This document shows, one piece after another, positions 21,018 through 30,013 of a stretch of 64,000 nt of DNA. Source of the stretch: Alphaproteobacteria bacterium. Lineage in GTDB: Bacteria; Pseudomonadota; Alphaproteobacteria; Bin95. The notes below the pieces were generated by a model, which saw only the letters and a list, made by a program, of their open reading frames with translations, ran no database searches and was not told where the DNA came from. Within the stretch, counting starts at the first letter, position 1. The number at the start of each line of letters is the position of its first letter. Where the stretch lies: the NCBI GenBank assembly GCA_964291285.2, contig OZ219788.1:96001-160000 (forward strand), written 5' to 3'. The position numbers and the translations under genes are program-made.

Positions 21018-22195
21018 ACATGCCGCGCGCCGCCGGGCGCCCTTTCATGGCCCTGCCGGGGCCGACCAACATCCCGGAGCCGATCCTCCGGGCGATGGAC
21101 CGCCCGACCGAGGATTTCAACAGCCCGGCCTTCGAGGCGCTGGCGGCCGGCTGCTACCGCGACCTGAAGCGGGTGTTCAAGACGGATGGCACCATCCTGT
21201 GCTGGGCCTCCTCCGGCCACGGCGCCTGGGAGAGCACCATCGTCAACCTGTTCCGCGCGGGCGATACCATCGTTATCCCGGAGACGGGCGCGTTTTCGAC
21301 ATGGTGGGCGGAAATGGCCGGCCTCTTCGGGGTCGAGGTCATCACGCTTCCGGGCGACTGGCGCAGCGCCGCCGATCCGGACGCGGTCGAGGACGTGCTG
21401 CGGAAGGACACGGGCCGGCGGATCAAGGCGGTCGGAATCGTCCACAGCGAAACCTCGACGGGCGTGCTGAGCGATGTGGCTGCGGTCCGTCGCGCCATGG
21501 ACGCGGCCGGCCACGACGCGCTCCTGATGGTCGATACCATCTCCTCGCTCGCCTCCATGGACTACCGCATGGACGAGTGGCGCGTCGATGTCACCGTCGG
21601 CGGCTCGCAGAAGGGGCTGATGCTGCCGACCGGCCTCGGCATCGTCGGCCTGAACGATCGGGCGCTGACCGTCGCCAGGGACGGCGGCTCGCCGCGCCGC
21701 TACTGGAGCTGGCAGCGCATGCTGGACCTTGGCGGCGAGTTGCCGAAATTCCCCGGCACGGCGCCGACGCAGATCTTCTCCGGCATGCGCGTCTCGCTCG
21801 ACATACTTTTCGAGGAGGGGCTCGACAATGTGTTCGCCCGCCACCGCCGGATGGCGGACCTTGTGCGGCTCGCCGTCGAGGAATGGGGGCTCGAACTGAA
21901 TGCGCGCCGCCGGGAAGAACGCTCCGACACGGTGACTGCGGTGCGCTGGCCGGAAGGCCATGACCCGAACGCCTTCCGCGACAGCCTGCGCGACCGCTTC
22001 AACGTCGCCGTCAGCCACGGCCTGCTAGACCTCGCCGGCAAGATTGTCCGCATCGGCCATCTGGGGGACCTGAACGAGACGATGGTCCTCGGCCTTCTCG
22101 GCGCTATCGAGGCCAATCTCGCGATAGACGGCGTTCCCCACACGCCCGGCGGCACGCAGGCGGCCATAGAGCGCGTAGCGGCAAACGGGGTCTGA
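21014..22195 (+). CDS. Class V aminotransferase (serine/alanine-glyoxylate aminotransferase-like)
   Basis: PGPTNIP, SSGHGAWE, VHSETSTGV, VDTISSL, GSQKGLMLP (PLP lysine), RIGHLG. Confidence 0.85.
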   Translation: MNMPRAAGRPFMALPGPTNIPEPILRAMDRPTEDFNSPAFEALAAGCYRDLKRVFKTDGTILCWASSGHGAWESTIVNLFRAGDTIVIPETGAFSTWWAEMAGLFGVEVITLPGDWRSAADPDAVEDVLRKDTGRRIKAVGIVHSETSTGVLSDVAAVRRAMDAAGHDALLMVDTISSLASMDYRMDEWRVDVTVGGSQKGLMLPTGLGIVGLNDRALTVARDGGSPRRYWSWQRMLDLGGELPKFPGTAPTQIFSGMRVSLDILFEEGLDNVFARHRRMADLVRLAVEEWGLELNARRREERSDTVTAVRWPEGHDPNAFRDSLRDRFNVAVSHGLLDLAGKIVRIGHLGDLNETMVLGLLGAIEANLAIDGVPHTPGGTQAAIERVAANGV

Positions 22196-22199
22196 AGCC

Positions 22200-23357
22200 C
22201 TATCCGATTCCCAGCCGCTCGCTTGCGATGCGGGCGCCTTCGGCCATGCTGCGGAGCTTGGCCCAGACCACGTCTTCCGGCACCCGCCCCATGCCGGCGG
22301 AGGTGTCGAAGCCGCAGTCGGTCCCCGCCTGGATGCGCGCCGGGTCGCCCACCGCGCGGGCCGCGCGCTCCAGCCGCTCGGCGACCGTTTCGGGATGCTC
22401 GACATAGTTGGTCGTGGTGTCGATCACGCCTGCAACCAGATACTGGTCCGGGGCGAGCGGCGTGCGGCGCAGCTCCTCGACCTCGTGCTGGTGGCGGGGA
22501 TTGGCAAAAGGCAGCACCAGCCCGCCCACATCGGCCTGCAGCAGGATCGGCAACACGTCGCGGAGCTCGACATCCATGTCGTGCGGCCCCTCATAGTTCC
22601 CCCAGCAGACATGCAGCCGAACCCTCTCGCGCGGCACGTTCGCCAGCGCTCCGTTCAGCGTCTCGACCACGAGTTCCACCCACTCCTGGAAGGTGGCAAG
22701 CGGTTCGTCGGCGAACAGGAAGTGGCGCTCCATGGCGAGATCGGGCGCATCGATCTGCAACAGCCATCCATTTTCGACAATCGCCTCGTATTCAACCCGC
22801 AGCGCTTCCGCGACATCGGCCAGATAGGCTTTGGACTCAGCATAGTGCCCGCTCTTCATGGCCGAAACCACGATGCCCGGCGAGGCTGCCGTCATGAAGG
22901 GCTGCCCGAAGCCGCCTCCCGCCCTTTCCAGAGCCAGGCGAAAGGTCTCGCACTCGTCTTCGAGCGGCCCCCGGTCCACATAGCGGACGGCGCCAAGGTT
23001 CATCGGCGGCTCCATGTTGGAGACCGCTTCGGCGCGCACGCGCAGGAAGGTCTCGTATTCGCGCACCAGCCCCGGATAGCGGAACACGTCCCGGCGTCCG
23101 GGCCGCTTCCAGCTTCCGCCGAAGCCGCTCATGCGGTGCTGGACATAGAGGAAGAACCCCTCGCGCTGCTGCTCGCCATTGTTGCCGACCGTGACGCCCG
23201 CCTCGATCTGCCGGGCGACAATGGCGTCGGTCGCCTCGCGGCCCGCGGCCGCCAGGGCGTCGGCGTCCACATGGCCGCCCTGGGCGCGGCGCGCATAGAG
23301 GCCGGTGAGTTCCAGCGGACGCGGCAGGCTGCCGGCATGCGTGGTGGGGATGCCCAT
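22200..23357 (-). CDS. Cobalamin-independent methionine synthase II-like protein (single catalytic domain)
   Basis: [19 protein letters not shown], Zn ligands in [12 protein letters not shown] and AGTDCGF; VWAKL. Confidence 0.8.
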   Translation of the reverse strand: MGIPTTHAGSLPRPLELTGLYARRAQGGHVDADALAAAGREATDAIVARQIEAGVTVGNNGEQQREGFFLYVQHRMSGFGGSWKRPGRRDVFRYPGLVREYETFLRVRAEAVSNMEPPMNLGAVRYVDRGPLEDECETFRLALERAGGGFGQPFMTAASPGIVVSAMKSGHYAESKAYLADVAEALRVEYEAIVENGWLLQIDAPDLAMERHFLFADEPLATFQEWVELVVETLNGALANVPRERVRLHVCWGNYEGPHDMDVELRDVLPILLQADVGGLVLPFANPRHQHEVEELRRTPLAPDQYLVAGVIDTTTNYVEHPETVAERLERAARAVGDPARIQAGTDCGFDTSAGMGRVPEDVVWAKLRSMAEGARIASERLGIG

Positions 23358-23584
23358 GGATTTTCGGCTCCGGATTCCGCGGATCGGCAAGACGGCATGC
23401 GTATTCTTCCCGAATGCGGCGGCGCAAGAAAGGCTTCCCGCCCACCCGGCCGTATCCCGACCGGACTTGCGCGGGGCGCGGCTTGGGCATACCGTTTTTC
23501 CGCCCGCAACCGGTTGCGGGCATGAAGACGAACGGCAGCAATCTCGACAGGCCGGCATCTTCGATGCGGCCGCCGGTGGACCCC

Positions 23585-24004
23585 ATGACCGATATCCTCG
23601 ACAGAGCGCCTCCCCGAACCGAACTCAGCGACGCCGAATGGCGTCGCCGGCTCACGCCCGAGCAATACCGGGTGACGCGCCGGCACGGCACAGAACGCCC
23701 CTTCGCCAACGAGTACCACGCCACCAAGACGCCCGGCATCTATCGCTGCATATGCTGCGATGCGCCGCTGTTCGAAAGCGGGACCAAATTCGACAGCGGC
23801 ACCGGCTGGCCGTCCTTCACCCGGCCCGTCTCGGCCGAAGCCGTCGCGGAGAAGGTGGACCGAAGCTGGTTCATGACCCGCACTGAGGTGCTCTGCGCCG
23901 GGTGCGATGCGCATCTGGGCCACGTCTTTCCGGACGGGCCGCCGCCGACGGGGCTCCGCTATTGCATGAACTCTGCCTCCCTGCGCCTTGAGCCTGAAGA
24001 GTAA
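23585..24004 (+). CDS. msrB: Peptide-methionine (R)-S-oxide reductase
   Basis: [50 protein letters not shown]. Confidence 0.95.
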   Translation: MTDILDRAPPRTELSDAEWRRRLTPEQYRVTRRHGTERPFANEYHATKTPGIYRCICCDAPLFESGTKFDSGTGWPSFTRPVSAEAVAEKVDRSWFMTRTEVLCAGCDAHLGHVFPDGPPPTGLRYCMNSASLRLEPEE

Positions 24005-24048
24005 CCGCCTGCCCGACCCGACGACCGAAGCTGAGGAAACGCGACCCC

Positions 24049-24369
24049 ATGCTCTACGAACTGCGCACCTACAACGCTGCGCCCGGCAAGATCGATGCGC
24101 TCAATGCCCGCTTCCGGGACCACACATGCAGCCTCTTCGCCAAACACGGCATCGGCGTCGCCGGCTTCTGGATCAACCGGGCGGACCCGAACCAGCTTAT
24201 CTATATCTGCACCTTCGAGGACGCCGCGCAGATGGAGCGCGCCTGGGCGTCCTTCAGGGACGATCCCGAGTGGCAGGCGGCGAGGGCCGAGAGCGAGCGC
24301 GACGGCTCCCTGGTCGCCTCCATCGAAAGCGTGGTCATGGACCCGACCGACTACTCCACGATGAAGTAG
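24049..24369 (+). CDS. NIPSNAP family protein
   Basis: YELRTY..PGK..LNARF..HGI..GFW..W..F..DPEW..PTDYS. Confidence 0.8.
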   Translation: MLYELRTYNAAPGKIDALNARFRDHTCSLFAKHGIGVAGFWINRADPNQLIYICTFEDAAQMERAWASFRDDPEWQAARAESERDGSLVASIESVVMDPTDYSTMK

Positions 24370-24396
24370 GCGGAGGGGCCGGGAGGCGAACGGGCC

Positions 24397-25875
24397 ATGG
24401 GGGGCGCGGCCAAGAACGCCGCCGAGCATCTGGCGAGCCTGGACGACGGGCGCGCCGTCTGGCTGGACGGCGCCCGCATCGAGAACCCGTCCGTGCACCC
24501 CGCCTTCCGCAACGCCGTGCGCTCCGCCGCCGGGCTTTACGGCTACCAGGCCGACCCCGCCAATCTGGAGGCGATGACCTTCGCCTCGCCGACGGCCAGA
24601 CGGCAGGTCAACCGCGCCTGGCAGATGCCGACGTCGCTGGAGGAGCTCGTCCAGCGCCGCCGCGCCCTCACCGCCTGGGCGGAATGCCATGCGGGCTTCA
24701 TGGGCCGGGCGCCCGACCATCTGGCGTCCGCGGTCACCGGGCAGATCATGGGGCTGGAGGTGTTCGAGGCGCACGACCCGGAGCGCGCGCGGGCCTTCCA
24801 TGACTATTTCGTCCATGCGCGCGACAGTGACCTCTACCTCACCTATGTCATCGTCAACCCGCAGCTCGACCGGTCGAAGAGCACGGGCGAGCAGGGGGAC
24901 AACAGCCCGATGCTCCGTATCGTGGACGAGGACGGGGAAGGGGTGACCGTGCGCGGCGGCAAGATGCTCGGCACCGCCGCTATCCTAGCCAACGAGCTGT
25001 TCGTCGCGCATCTGCAGCCGCTGAAGCCGGACGAGGAGGACTACGCCGTCAGCTTCGCGGTCCCGATGGCCGCGAAGGGCCTCCGGCTGCTCGCGCGCAA
25101 GTCCTACGAAGGCCGCGCGCTCTCGAGCTTCGACGACCCGCTTGCATCGCGCTTCGACGAGAATGACGGGCTGGTGTGGTTCGACGACGTGAAGGTCCCG
25201 TGGGAGCGGGTCTTCGTCCATCGCAGCCCCGCCATGTGCGCGCGCCAGTTCCACGCCACGCCCGGTCACATCTACCAGAACTACCAAGCGCAGATCCGCC
25301 TCGCGGTGAAGTTCAGGTTCCTTGTCGGCCTCGCGCGCCGCATCTGCGAGACCATCGGCACGGCGAAGATGCCGCCGGTCGCCGAAACGCTCGGAATGCT
25401 GGCGGCACAGGCAACGGCGGTCGAGACGATGCTTTACGGCATGGAGGCGAAGGGCAGGCAGCGCGGCAGATATTTCGTGCCGGACGCCCATTCCGTCTAT
25501 GCCGCCCAGGCCTATTGCCAGGCGCTCTATCCGCGCATGGTGGAGCGGGTGCGCGGCCTCGCCGGCGGCGCGCTCATCATGCTGCCCTCCTCCGAGCGCG
25601 ACCTCGCCGATCCCGAGCTTGCCGGCATCCTGCAAAGCGTCCAGCAGTCGGCCGACGGCGCGCCGCCGGTCGAGCGCGTGCGGCTGATGAAGCTCGCCTG
25701 GGACGCACTCGGCTCCGAATTTGCGGGCCGGCAGACGCAATATGAGATGTTCTATGCCGGCGCGCCGTTCGTCACGCGCGGGCACGCCTTCCGCACCTAT
25801 GACTGGGAGGGGGCCGAAGCGCTGGTCGCGGCCGTCTCCGGCGCCGCCGCAGAAACGAGGACCGAACCCAAATGA
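24397..25875 (+). CDS. 4-hydroxyphenylacetate 3-hydroxylase family flavin monooxygenase (oxygenase component)
   Basis: HPAFRNAV, GFMGRAPDH, RFDEND..FDDVKVPWERVF, KLAWDALGSEFAGRQTQYEMFYAG. Confidence 0.85.
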   Translation: MGGAAKNAAEHLASLDDGRAVWLDGARIENPSVHPAFRNAVRSAAGLYGYQADPANLEAMTFASPTARRQVNRAWQMPTSLEELVQRRRALTAWAECHAGFMGRAPDHLASAVTGQIMGLEVFEAHDPERARAFHDYFVHARDSDLYLTYVIVNPQLDRSKSTGEQGDNSPMLRIVDEDGEGVTVRGGKMLGTAAILANELFVAHLQPLKPDEEDYAVSFAVPMAAKGLRLLARKSYEGRALSSFDDPLASRFDENDGLVWFDDVKVPWERVFVHRSPAMCARQFHATPGHIYQNYQAQIRLAVKFRFLVGLARRICETIGTAKMPPVAETLGMLAAQATAVETMLYGMEAKGRQRGRYFVPDAHSVYAAQAYCQALYPRMVERVRGLAGGALIMLPSSERDLADPELAGILQSVQQSADGAPPVERVRLMKLAWDALGSEFAGRQTQYEMFYAGAPFVTRGHAFRTYDWEGAEALVAAVSGAAAETRTEPK

Positions 25876-27002
25876 AATTCAGCTTTTCCGAGGAGCAGAC
25901 CGAGTTCCGCAACATGCTCCGCCGCTTCCTCCAGGACCGCTCGCCGACGACCGAGGTGCGCCGGGTCATGGAGACCGAGTCCGGCTACGATGCAGAGGTG
26001 TGGCGGGTGATGGCGGAGGAGCTGGGCGTCACCGCGATCCACATTCCGGAAGTCTATGGCGGGGCCGGCTTCGGCATTTCCGAACTCGCCATCGCCGCCG
26101 AGGAGGCGGGCCGCGCGCTCCTGCCCTCGCCCTTTTTCGGCTCGACCGTCATGGCGGCGACCGCCATCGCCGAGGCAGGAACCGACGCCCAGAAGCAGGC
26201 CCTCCTGCCCGGCATCGCGGGCGGCAGAGCGATCGCGGCGCTCGCCGCTGCCGAACCCGGAACCGGGTGGAACGCCGACGCCTTCACGACGACCGCGCGC
26301 GCCGACAACGGCTCCTGGCGGCTGACGGGGCGCAAGAGTTACGTGCTGGACGGCATGGCGGCGGACCTCGTGGTCGCGGCGGCGCGGCTGCCCGGCGGCG
26401 GGCTCGGCCTGTTCAGCCTGCCGGCGGACAGCGACGGGCTCACGCGCCGGCCGCTGCAGTCCATGGACCCGACGCGCCGGCTCGCGCAGATCGACTTCGA
26501 CGGTGCGGAGGCCGACCTGCTCGGAGGGCCGGAGGCCGGCGGGCCCGCCTGGGCGCGGACGCTGGACATCGCCGCGGTCTGTCTGGCGGGCGAGATGGTC
26601 GGCGGCGCGGAGCGGCTGCGCGAGGACGCACTCGAATATGTCTCGATGCGGATGCAGTTCGGGCGTTCCATCGCCTCCTTCCAGGTCACCAAGCACAAGG
26701 CGGCGGACATGCTGCTGGAGGTCGAGCTGGCCAAGGCCGCCGCCTACTACGCCGCCGCCGCGGCCGACGGCGGCGACGAAGAGGTCGACCAGCCGCTCTC
26801 CGCGCTCGCCTCGCTTGCCAAGGCGACGGCGTCCGACACCTACATGCAGACCGCCATCCACGCCGTGCAGATGCATGGCGGTATCGGCTTCACCCACGAC
26901 AACGACACGCAGCTCTGGTTCAAGCGCGCCAAGGCGAGCGAGGCCTTTCTCGGCACCGCCGCCGACCACCGCGAACGCATGCTGAAGCACTGGGACGCCT
27001 GA
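25872..27002 (+). CDS. Acyl-CoA dehydrogenase family protein (non-catalytic-type partner)
   Basis: FSFSEEQ..R, YGGAG, R.QFGRSIASFQ..KHK.ADM, QMHGGIGFT. Confidence 0.85.
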   Translation: MKFSFSEEQTEFRNMLRRFLQDRSPTTEVRRVMETESGYDAEVWRVMAEELGVTAIHIPEVYGGAGFGISELAIAAEEAGRALLPSPFFGSTVMAATAIAEAGTDAQKQALLPGIAGGRAIAALAAAEPGTGWNADAFTTTARADNGSWRLTGRKSYVLDGMAADLVVAAARLPGGGLGLFSLPADSDGLTRRPLQSMDPTRRLAQIDFDGAEADLLGGPEAGGPAWARTLDIAAVCLAGEMVGGAERLREDALEYVSMRMQFGRSIASFQVTKHKAADMLLEVELAKAAAYYAAAAADGGDEEVDQPLSALASLAKATASDTYMQTAIHAVQMHGGIGFTHDNDTQLWFKRAKASEAFLGTAADHRERMLKHWDA

Positions 27003-27003
27003 C

Positions 27004-28260
27004 ATGACCGACTTCACCGAAGACGAAATCCGCGCCGAGGTTCGCGAGTGGCTGACGGCAAACTGGGACCCGGAACGGGGTCTCGTCGAATGGCGCAACA
27101 TTCTCATCGATTCCGGCTGGGGCGTGCCGCACTGGCCGGAGGAATGGCACGGGCGCGGCCTGCCGGTCGGCATGACGCCGGTCGTCGAGGAGGAGTTCGA
27201 CAAGCTGGGCGCGGTCGGCGTCGCCAAGATGGGCATCCGCACGCTCGCCGCCGCCACGATCCTCGAGCACGGCACGGACCTGCACAAGCAGCGTTTCCTG
27301 CGCGGCATCCTCACCGGCGAGGAGACCTGGTGCCAGCTCTTCAGCGAGCCAGGCAGCGGCTCGGACCTCGCCGGGGCCGTGACGCGCGCCGATTTCCGCG
27401 AGGGGAAGTGGGTCATCAACGGCCAGAAGGTCTGGAACACCAGCGCCCACCACGCCGATTTCGGCCTGCTGCTGGCGCGGACCGACTGGGACGCCGTCAA
27501 GCACCAGGGCCTCAGCTACTTCCTGCTCGACATGCGCCAGCCGGGCGTCGAGGTCCACCAGCTCAGGCAGATGAACGGCCACGCCTCCTTCAACCAGGTC
27601 TTCTTCACCGACGCCGTGGTGGAGCCGGAATATCAAATCGGCGGGCTCGGCGAGGGCTGGAAGGTTGCCACGACCACGCTGATGCACGAGCGGCGCGGCG
27701 CGGACGGCGTGCGCCGCTACGCCACCGGCAGCGACCGGCCGGGGCGCATTTACGAGGAGGAGCGCGCCGAGGTCGCGACCGTCATGGCGCCCTATGTGTG
27801 GTACCCGCAGCGCACCGGGCGCGCCGACCTGCTGATCGAGCGCGCGAAGGCGGCGGGGCGCTGGGACGACCGGGCGGTGCGCCAGGAGATCGCGAAGGCG
27901 CTGACGCTCGCCCGGACGGCGGAATGGACCGCGCGGCGCGCCCGCGAGGCGCAGCAGATGGGCCGGCCGCAGGGGCCGGAAGGCTCGATCGGCAAGCTTG
28001 CCGCCAGCATCGTCGCGCGGGCCTGCGCGAAGGCCCACACCATGATCGCCGGCCCCGACGCCATGCTGACGGGCGAAGACGACGGCACGGGCGGTGTGGT
28101 CGCGGAAATCCTGGTCTCGACGCCGGCCATCTCCATTGCCGGCGGCACGGACGAGATCCAGCGCAACATCATCTCCGAGCGCATCCTCTCCATGCCCAAG
28201 GAGGTCCGCCACGACACCGACCGCCCCTTCCGCGAGGTGCCGCGGAACCAGGTGGGCTGA
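27004..28260 (+). CDS. Acyl-CoA dehydrogenase family protein
   Basis: WPEEWHGRG, WCQLFSEPGSGSDLA, NGQKVWNT, FNQVFF, IAGGTDEIQRNIISERIL. Confidence 0.9.
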   Translation: MTDFTEDEIRAEVREWLTANWDPERGLVEWRNILIDSGWGVPHWPEEWHGRGLPVGMTPVVEEEFDKLGAVGVAKMGIRTLAAATILEHGTDLHKQRFLRGILTGEETWCQLFSEPGSGSDLAGAVTRADFREGKWVINGQKVWNTSAHHADFGLLLARTDWDAVKHQGLSYFLLDMRQPGVEVHQLRQMNGHASFNQVFFTDAVVEPEYQIGGLGEGWKVATTTLMHERRGADGVRRYATGSDRPGRIYEEERAEVATVMAPYVWYPQRTGRADLLIERAKAAGRWDDRAVRQEIAKALTLARTAEWTARRAREAQQMGRPQGPEGSIGKLAASIVARACAKAHTMIAGPDAMLTGEDDGTGGVVAEILVSTPAISIAGGTDEIQRNIISERILSMPKEVRHDTDRPFREVPRNQVG

Positions 28261-28270
28261 AGCGCGATTC

Positions 28271-30010
28271 CTACCCCTGCCTCCGCACCCGGGCGCGGAG
28301 GCGGCGGGTTGCGCCGGCATCGACGGTCATCGTCGCCCCGTCGATGACGACGCCGTAGTCTTCCCCGGCGCTTTCGATCGACACATAGCCCTGCTCGACA
28401 TCGGCGAGCACGCGCCCGGGCTCGCGCTCGAACGGGTCGCCGTAGCCGCCCCCGCCGCTCAGCACGAAGCGCATGCGGTCGCCGGGGGCGAGGCGCCGGT
28501 AAACCCCGTGGTCCACCGCCCCGCCATTGTGCCAGAGGCCGCTCCCGCGCCCGTTCCGGCCGCCGAGCCGGCCGAACACCGGAAAGGAGCCGTCTTCGGT
28601 GCGGCCGCTGAGGCGCACCGAGCTCTCGACGTCCCGGGCGCGCTCGTTGCCGCCGTCGAGGATGGCGAACTCGATCTCCTGGCCGAGCCCGCCCCGGTTG
28701 CGGCCCGGCCCTCCCGAATCGGCGAGAAGCTCCTTGCGGACATAGTACATCCGCGCCTCGTTCTCGGTCACCTCGACGGGAATGTTGCGCGTGTTGTTGG
28801 GGAAGCAGAGGCAGGCATAGCCGTCATGGCGGGCGCTCGCGCCGAAACCGCCGCTGTGCTGCGCGATGGCAAGGAACGACCGGCCGTCCGCGTGTCGGCC
28901 GTGAAGATAGACCTCGTTGGCCGGAGAGCCGCCGTTCGAGGCGAGTATGGACTCCGGCATGATCCCCTCCATCGTGGCGAAGACGATCTCGGGGAAGAGG
29001 TGCGAGATCATCGTCCGGCCCCAGGTGGCGGCCGGCGGGCGCGAATTGACGATGGTGCCCTCCGGCGCGATCACCTCGATGGGCCTGAGCCCGCCCTCAT
29101 TGTTCGGCACATGGGGGTCGAGCGCGAGCTTGACGGGGTAGGCGGTGTAGGAGCGCGTCATGTTGTAGGAGCAGTTGATCGCCGCCCCGACCTCGCCCGA
29201 CGAGCCCGAGTAATCGACGGTGACCCCGTCGCCCGCCACCGTGACATTGACCTTCACCACGACCTCGTCGTCGCAGCCCGGGACCTTCGGAAGCACCGCC
29301 ACATTGCGGTAAGACCCGTCGGGCAACGCCGCAATCCTGCGCCGGAGGCTGGATTCGGTCCGATCGATGACCTCGGCCCCCAGCGCCTCGAGCCCGTCCA
29401 GCCGATACTCCTCCAGCAGCCCCTTCAGCCCCCGCGAGCAGACATTGTTGGCGACGAGCTGCGCGCGGACATCGCCCAGCACCTTGTCCGGCACCCGGAT
29501 ATTGGCCCGCATGAAGTCGAACACCGTCTCGTTCAGCCGCCCCTCGTCGAAGAGCTTGAGGATCGGGATCTTCAGCCCCTCCTCGTACATGTCCTTCGAT
29601 TCGAGCGTCGACATCCGTCCCCCCATGTCGAGATGGTGGACGATGCACAGCGTGTAGCCGACGATCCGGCCGCGGTGAAAGATCGGGGCCGCGATCGAGA
29701 TGTCGATGAGGTGGCCGCTCGCGATCCAGGGATCGTTGGTGATGATGGCGTCGCCCGGCCTGAGCGTTTCAGGAGGGTATTTCGCGATGAAGTTGCGCAG
29801 CACCTCCGGGACGATGCCGAGGAACCCCGCCGTCGTGACCGTCGAGTGGGACAGCATCCGCGCGTCGGCGTCGAACAGCGCGCAGCAGAAGTCGTGATAT
29901 TCCTTCACGGAGGGGGTATAGGCGGTGCGCATGAGCCCGGTAGCCGCCTCGTCCACGATGGTGATGAGGCGGTTCCAGAGGATCTGGATGGTGACGGGGT
30001 CGAGCTGCAT
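28271..30010 (-). CDS. Hydantoinase B / 5-oxoprolinase family subunit
   Basis: LDPVT..LWNRL, RTAY.P.VKE.HDF, NDPW..GHL.D, HHLDMGG, EEGL.IP, SGGPGR.RGGLG, GGGGYGDP. Confidence 0.9.
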   Translation of the reverse strand: MQLDPVTIQILWNRLITIVDEAATGLMRTAYTPSVKEYHDFCCALFDADARMLSHSTVTTAGFLGIVPEVLRNFIAKYPPETLRPGDAIITNDPWIASGHLIDISIAAPIFHRGRIVGYTLCIVHHLDMGGRMSTLESKDMYEEGLKIPILKLFDEGRLNETVFDFMRANIRVPDKVLGDVRAQLVANNVCSRGLKGLLEEYRLDGLEALGAEVIDRTESSLRRRIAALPDGSYRNVAVLPKVPGCDDEVVVKVNVTVAGDGVTVDYSGSSGEVGAAINCSYNMTRSYTAYPVKLALDPHVPNNEGGLRPIEVIAPEGTIVNSRPPAATWGRTMISHLFPEIVFATMEGIMPESILASNGGSPANEVYLHGRHADGRSFLAIAQHSGGFGASARHDGYACLCFPNNTRNIPVEVTENEARMYYVRKELLADSGGPGRNRGGLGQEIEFAILDGGNERARDVESSVRLSGRTEDGSFPVFGRLGGRNGRGSGLWHNGGAVDHGVYRRLAPGDRMRFVLSGGGGYGDPFEREPGRVLADVEQGYVSIESAGEDYGVVIDGATMTVDAGATRRLRARVRRQG

Positions 30011-30013
30011 CGG

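Noticed and set aside
23358-23584. Possible SAM or cobalamin riboswitch in the metE-like/msrB divergent spacer
   Set aside because: No recognisable conserved riboswitch core sequence was seen.
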